Assembly (NCBI GenBank): GCA_964635565.1
Contig: CAZWON010000001.1
Location: forward strand, 71,020 to 135,019
Source of the DNA: an uncultured Planctomycetia bacterium
GTDB lineage: Bacteria > Omnitrophota > Gorgyraeia > Duberdicusellales > 4484-171
Direction of reading: 5' to 3'
DNA length: 64,000 nt
The notes under the pieces are model-generated. The model was given only the letters and a program-made list of their open reading frames with translations. It ran no database searches and had not been told where the DNA came from. Shown piece by piece: positions 58,903-64,000 of the stretch. Position numbers and translations under genes: made by a program. Each line of letters begins with the position of its first letter. Within the stretch, counting starts at the first letter, position 1.

Positions 58903-61900
58903 ATGAGGTGGGTCAAAAGAAAGTCCTTTTCTCAAATAAAATGTAGTATTTCTATGCCTCATTTTTTGGAGCATCAACTTCGTTCATTTTGCGAGTTTCT
59001 TCAAGCAGACATTTTGCCAGAGAGACGGAAGAATGTAGGACTACAGGAGATTTTTAAAGAAGTATTTCCTATGATTAGCCCTGACGGCAGATTTAATTTG
59101 GAGTTTATAAGTTACAGTTTAAGTAGACCACGTTATGGAATAGAGGAGTGTAAGCGTCGGTCCCAGACCTATGCTGCCCCTTTAAGGGTCAGATTAAGAT
59201 TAACAGAAGATGCCAAATCAATCAGAGAGCAAGAAATCTATTTAGGAGATATACCTCTTATTACTGATGTAGCTTCTTTTATTATTAATGGAGATGAGCG
59301 GGTGGTAGTAAGTCAACTTCAACGTTCTCCGGGAGTTTTTTTTGAAGAGGAGGTTCATCCCACTGGTAAAAGGATATATTATGCTCGTATCATTCCTTAT
59401 CGTGGTTATTGGCTTGAATTTAGATGTGATATAAATGATGTTATTACAGCAGTTGTAGATAGGCGTAAAACATTTCCTGCTACTCAAATTTTACGTATGT
59501 TCGGGCTTTCTGCTAGTGATGAAATATATAATTGTTTCTCAGATAAACCTTATCCTGAGGTTGTTAATACTGTAAAGAAAGATGTTACCACTAGCAGGGA
59601 AGAAGCGTTTTTAGATTTCTACAAGAAAATGCGTCCCACTGAACCTGTTACTTTGGAAGCGGCAAAAGAGGTATTTCATAGGATGTTTCGTGACAGTAAA
59701 AGATACGATTTAGCGCGCGTAGGAAGATATATGCTTAACAAAAAACTTTCTTTAGATGCTTCTTTAAACAAGCGGGTGTTGGATCTTGAGACTGTTATAG
59801 AGGTAATAAAGAATCTTTTAAAAGTAAAGAACGGAGAAAGAGATATCGATGATATTGATCATTTAAGCAACCGTCGTGTGAAACTCATTGGAGAAATGCT
59901 TCAGCATCAAGTAAGGGTAGGGCTTCTTAGAGTAGAGAGAACTTTTTTAGAAAGATGTTCTCTTATTTCCAATAATGATTTTTCTATACAACATCTTATT
60001 AATTCGCGTGCTTTTTCTTCCCAGATCAATGATTTCTTTGCTCGTAGTCCCCTTTCTCAATTTATGGATCAGACTAATCCTTTAGCAGAAGTTACTCATA
60101 AGCGCCGTCTTTCCGCAATGGGACCAGGAGGGTTATCCCGTGAACGTGCAGGATTTGAAGTAAGAGATGTTCACCCTTCTCACTATGGAAGGATTTGCCC
60201 CATTGAAACACCTGAAGGTCCAAACATCGGTCTTTTATCGAGTCTTACTACTTATGCAAAAGTAAATTCTTTAGGATTTCTTATTACTCCTTACAGAAAA
60301 GTAGAAAAAGGTATAGTTTTAGACAGGATAGAATATTTAACTGCTGATGAGGAAGAGAACAGGATGATTGCCCAGGTTACACCTAATATAGACGAGAAAG
60401 GAAGAATTAAAGATACCTGGATTTATTGTCGGCATAAAGGTAAATTTCCCAAAGTAAGCCCCAAAAGAATAGAATATATGGATGTTGCTCCTCATCAGAT
60501 TGTTTCTGTATCTGCTTCTCTTATTCCTTTCTTAGAGCATGATGATGCTAACCGTGCACTTATGGGTTCTAATATGCAACGTCAGGGCGTGCCTTTGCTT
60601 TTTACAGAGGAACCTTTAGTAGCTACTGGTTTAGAGGAGAAAGTAGCAAGAGATAGTGGAGCAGTAGTTATTGCCAAAAATTCAGGTCATGTTACTGAGG
60701 TGGATAGTTTACACATTAAGATAGGAACTATTACATACAGGCTGAAGAAGTTTTATCGTTCCAATGCGGATACCTGTATTAATCAGCGACCCTTAGTAAA
60801 GAAAGGAGATTATGTAAGAAAAGGGGAGATAATTGCTGATGGAGTTGCTACCAAGAATGGAGAATTTGCTTTGGGTAAAAATCTTCTTGTGGCATTTTTA
60901 CCTTGGAGAGGATACAACTTTGAAGATGCTATCGTTATCAGTGAGCGTTTAGTAAAAGACGATGTTTTGACTTCTGTGCATATTGAGAGGTTTGAGATAG
61001 AGTCACGCGAGACACGTCTGGGGAATGAAGAAATAACACGTGATATTCCTAATGTTAGCGAGGAAGCACTTAAGAATTTAGATGAGAATGGAATTGTGCG
61101 TATCGGAGCTGAGGTTATGCCTGACGATATTCTTGTAGGAAGAGTTACTCCTAAAACAGAAAAAGAATTGTCGCCCGAAGAGAGATTGTTAAGGGCTATC
61201 TTTGGAGAAAAAGCAGCGGAAGTCAAGGATACTTCTTTAAGGGTTCCTCCGGGTGTTAATGGGGTAGTTATTCACGTTGATATTTTTCAGCGGAAAGATA
61301 GGGGAAGAAAATCTAAGAAAGAAAAGACTAACGAGCTTAAGAGGTTAAAGGAAGTAGAAAAGTATTACGAAGAAGAAATCAAGATTATGGAAAAGGAGAA
61401 GATTAAACGTTTAGCCGCAGTTTTAGGTAAAAGCGAGTCAAGGATTAATTCTAAGGATATCGAAGATAATGAAGAGGCAAGAGATGTTGTAAATATTTAT
61501 GAGGAAAGATTACAGGAATTACAGATGGAGAAGGAGTTGGAAATCGCCAAGATAAAAAAAGGAGATGAGCTTCCTATAGGAGTTTTAAAAAGAGTAGTTG
61601 TGTTTGTAGCAATGAAAAGAAAGGTTGCTGAAGGAGATAAATTGTCGGGAAGACATGGTAATAAGGGAGTTATAGGTAAAATTCTTCCTGAGGAAGATAT
61701 GCCTTATCTTGAAGATGGAACCCCTGTTGATATTATTCTTAACCCTTTAGGTGTGCCTTCGAGAATGAATGTTGGTCAACTTCTAGAGACCCATTTAGGA
61801 TGGGCAGCAGATAGGCTGGGGATAAAAATTATGAGTCCTGTTTTTGATGGCGTAAAAGAGGAGAAGATTAGGGAATTATTAAGAGAAGCAAATCTTCCTA

Positions 61901-62322
61901 GTGATGGAAAAGTTACTCTCTATGATGGTTATACAGGTAAACCTTTTGATCAGAAAGTTACCGTAGGGAAAATGTATGTGATGAAGTTAATTCATATGGT
62001 AGAGGATAAGATTCATGCCCGTGCAATTGGTCCTTATTCTCTTATAACTCAGCAACCTTTGGGAGGAAAGGCTCAATTTGGTGGTCAACGCTTTGGAGAG
62101 ATGGAAGTGTGGGCACTAGAAGCCTATGGTGCTGCTTTTACTTTGCAGGAAATTCTTACTGTAAAAAGTGATGATGTAGAAGGTAGGACTAGAATTTATG
62201 AAGCTATTGTGAGAGGAGAACAGCGTTTTAATCCTTCAGTGCCAGAATCGTTTAATGTCTTAATGAGAGAATTACAAGGGTTGTGCCTTGATTTAAAAGC
62301 AGAAAGGGAGTCAAAACTATGA
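58903..62322 (+). CDS. rpoB: DNA-directed RNA polymerase subunit beta (compact, 1139 aa)
   Basis: 'RKSFSQI...LEHQLRSF' N-terminus. Rif-cluster region '[27 protein letters not shown]'. 'GRHGNKGV' and '[18 protein letters not shown]' motifs. Confidence 0.95.
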   Translation: MRWVKRKSFSQIKCSISMPHFLEHQLRSFCEFLQADILPERRKNVGLQEIFKEVFPMISPDGRFNLEFISYSLSRPRYGIEECKRRSQTYAAPLRVRLRLTEDAKSIREQEIYLGDIPLITDVASFIINGDERVVVSQLQRSPGVFFEEEVHPTGKRIYYARIIPYRGYWLEFRCDINDVITAVVDRRKTFPATQILRMFGLSASDEIYNCFSDKPYPEVVNTVKKDVTTSREEAFLDFYKKMRPTEPVTLEAAKEVFHRMFRDSKRYDLARVGRYMLNKKLSLDASLNKRVLDLETVIEVIKNLLKVKNGERDIDDIDHLSNRRVKLIGEMLQHQVRVGLLRVERTFLERCSLISNNDFSIQHLINSRAFSSQINDFFARSPLSQFMDQTNPLAEVTHKRRLSAMGPGGLSRERAGFEVRDVHPSHYGRICPIETPEGPNIGLLSSLTTYAKVNSLGFLITPYRKVEKGIVLDRIEYLTADEEENRMIAQVTPNIDEKGRIKDTWIYCRHKGKFPKVSPKRIEYMDVAPHQIVSVSASLIPFLEHDDANRALMGSNMQRQGVPLLFTEEPLVATGLEEKVARDSGAVVIAKNSGHVTEVDSLHIKIGTITYRLKKFYRSNADTCINQRPLVKKGDYVRKGEIIADGVATKNGEFALGKNLLVAFLPWRGYNFEDAIVISERLVKDDVLTSVHIERFEIESRETRLGNEEITRDIPNVSEEALKNLDENGIVRIGAEVMPDDILVGRVTPKTEKELSPEERLLRAIFGEKAAEVKDTSLRVPPGVNGVVIHVDIFQRKDRGRKSKKEKTNELKRLKEVEKYYEEEIKIMEKEKIKRLAAVLGKSESRINSKDIEDNEEARDVVNIYEERLQELQMEKELEIAKIKKGDELPIGVLKRVVVFVAMKRKVAEGDKLSGRHGNKGVIGKILPEEDMPYLEDGTPVDIILNPLGVPSRMNVGQLLETHLGWAADRLGIKIMSPVFDGVKEEKIRELLREANLPSDGKVTLYDGYTGKPFDQKVTVGKMYVMKLIHMVEDKIHARAIGPYSLITQQPLGGKAQFGGQRFGEMEVWALEAYGAAFTLQEILTVKSDDVEGRTRIYEAIVRGEQRFNPSVPESFNVLMRELQGLCLDLKAERESKL

Positions 62323-64000
62323 TTAAGGAAGTAAGTTTTTTTGATAGGATAAGTATTCGTCTTGCTTCTCCCCAAGTTATAAAATCATGGTCATATGGAG
62401 AAGTAAAGAAAGCAGAGACCCTTAACTATCGGACACTTAAGCCAGAAAAAGATGGTCTTTTCTGCGAGAAGATATTTGGCCCAGTAAGAGATTGGGAGTG
62501 CCACTGCGGGAAGTTAAAAGGGATTAAATATAAAGGTTCCAAATGTGACCGTTGTGGTGTAGAGATTATCCATTCTTCAGCACGACGTCAACGCATGGGG
62601 CACATTGAGTTAGCTGCACCCGTAACTCATATTTGGTTTTTTAAAGTTATTCCCTCACGGTTAGGTGCTATTTTAGATATGAGTTTACGGGATTTAGAAA
62701 AGGTTATCTATTATGAACAGCATATAGTAGTGGATTCTGGTGAGAGTTCTTTAAAGAAGAAACAGCTTCTTACTGAAGAGGAATATCAAAATGTTATAAA
62801 GGAGTATAAAAATAATATTAAGGTAAAAATAGGAGCAGAAGCAATATTGTATTTATTGAAAGAAGTGGAGTTGGACAAAATTAGCAGAGGTATTCGCAAA
62901 GAGTTATCTTCTGTAAAGACCTCTGCTACTGCCAAAAGACTTCTTAAACGTCTTAAGATTGTAGAGGATTTTCGTCGTTCACAAAATAAACCTGAGTGGA
63001 TGGTATTAACTGCTCTTCCTGTTATTCCTCCTGACTTACGTCCTTTAGTACCTCTGGAAGGAGGAAGATTTGCTTCTAGTGATTTAAACGATCTTTATCG
63101 TCGAGTTATTAATAGAAATAACCGTCTTAAGAAATTAATGAGTTTAGGGGCTCCTGAAGTAATTATTCGTAATGAAAAAAGAATGCTTCAAGAAGCTGTT
63201 GATGCTTTATTAGAAAATGGACGACACGGTCGTCCTGTAATGGGACCTCAAAATAGACCTCTTAAGAGCTTATCTGATATGCTGAAAGGTAAACAAGGTA
63301 GATTCCGTCAGAATCTTTTGGGTAAACGGGTGGATTATTCTGGCAGAAGTGTTATTGTAGTGGGACCTCAGCTTAAATTATACGAGTGTGGTATTCCTAA
63401 ACAGATGGCTTTAGAACTTTTTGAACCATTTATTATAAGAAAATTAAGAGAGCGTGGCTTCGTTCATACTATAAGAGGAGCACGAAGAATGGTAGAACGG
63501 GCAAGAGTTGAAGTATGGGATATTTTAGAGGAAGTTATAGAGGGACACCCTGTATTACTCAATCGCGCTCCTACTTTACACCGTTTAGGTATCCAGGCTT
63601 TTTATCCTATTCTTGTAGAGGGCAAAGCAATAAAGCTTCATCCTCTGGTATGCGCTCCTTTTAATGCTGACTTTGATGGGGACCAGATGGCAGTGCATGT
63701 TCCTTTATCTTTAGAAGCGCAAGCAGAAGCTAAGTTGATGATGTTAGCAGCTAACAATATTTTTTCCCCTGCTGACGGAAGGCCTATTATTACCCCTAGT
63801 CAGGATATAATTTTGGGATGTCGATTTTTAAGTATAGAGAAAAAAGGGGCAAAAGGAGAAGGAATTGTTTTTTCTGATCCTTCTGAGACCATTACTGCTT
63901 ATCAGGACGAAGAGGTAGATTTACATGCTAAAGTAAAGTTAAGGATTAAAGAAGGTAATGAAGTAAAAATAGTAGAGACCACAGTAGGAAGGATAATTTT
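62319..64000 (+). CDS. rpoC: DNA-directed RNA polymerase subunit beta' (5' portion; continues past window end)
   Basis: ATG at 62319 overlaps the rpoB stop. Translation '[31 protein letters not shown]...CHCGK...KCDRCGVEI' contains the beta' zinc-binding Cys motif, 'NADFDGDQM' (catalytic Asp triad) and 'RLGIQAF'. Confidence 0.9.
   Translation, partial: MIKEVSFFDRISIRLASPQVIKSWSYGEVKKAETLNYRTLKPEKDGLFCEKIFGPVRDWECHCGKLKGIKYKGSKCDRCGVEIIHSSARRQRMGHIELAAPVTHIWFFKVIPSRLGAILDMSLRDLEKVIYYEQHIVVDSGESSLKKKQLLTEEEYQNVIKEYKNNIKVKIGAEAILYLLKEVELDKISRGIRKELSSVKTSATAKRLLKRLKIVEDFRRSQNKPEWMVLTALPVIPPDLRPLVPLEGGRFASSDLNDLYRRVINRNNRLKKLMSLGAPEVIIRNEKRMLQEAVDALLENGRHGRPVMGPQNRPLKSLSDMLKGKQGRFRQNLLGKRVDYSGRSVIVVGPQLKLYECGIPKQMALELFEPFIIRKLRERGFVHTIRGARRMVERARVEVWDILEEVIEGHPVLLNRAPTLHRLGIQAFYPILVEGKAIKLHPLVCAPFNADFDGDQMAVHVPLSLEAQAEAKLMMLAANNIFSPADGRPIITPSQDIILGCRFLSIEKKGAKGEGIVFSDPSETITAYQDEEVDLHAKVKLRIKEGNEVKIVETTVGRII

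Overview
This is an AT-rich, gene-dense window that is almost entirely + strand. Many genes overlap by 4-30 nt, which fits a streamlined genome. lpxB, msbA, a GT9 heptosyltransferase-like gene, a secretin and tolQ/tolR indicate a diderm cell envelope. The lineage is not identifiable from sequence alone. Contents 5'->3':
- A 3' fragment of an RND efflux pump.
- A lysine (DapL-route) biosynthesis block: argH-lysA-dapF-dapA ... dapB-dapL-like. It is split by a ~7.7 kb envelope-glycan cassette at 7068-14821. The cassette holds a GT2-methyltransferase fusion, a frameshifted methyltransferase, a GT9, two paralogous radical-SAM/SPASM enzymes and a ~13-TM GT-C-like membrane protein.
- folK-panC-nadX-like-uvrA.
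- A large TPR protein with tolQ/tolR-like motor genes.
- A type IV pilus / T2SS-like assembly operon: PilX-like, HTH, pilM-N fusion, pilO, pilP, pilQ, pilB with tandem MshEN c-di-GMP motifs, pilC.
- mnmG and a UPF0016 mini-protein.
- On the - strand, lpxB plus a Gfo/Idh/MocA oxidoreductase.
- msbA.
- rpsB-tsf-pyrH-frr.
- tRNA-Lys, tRNA-Leu, tRNA-Gly.
- A regulatory PTS module: ptsN-yvcK-ptsH-ptsI.
- An aromatic amino-acid block: pheA-hisC-DAHP synthase-tyrA.
- cmk-lepA-lepB-pgsA-plsY.
- The classic tRNA-Thr / rpmG / tRNA-Trp / secE-nusG-rplKAJL-rpoB-rpoC(partial) region.
No rRNA, CRISPR, transposase or integrase is recognisable.
The most unusual content is the glycosylation / radical-SAM cassette inserted between dapA and dapB. 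Next are the period-8 tandem repeats inside lysA and dapF, and then the pilus operon architecture.
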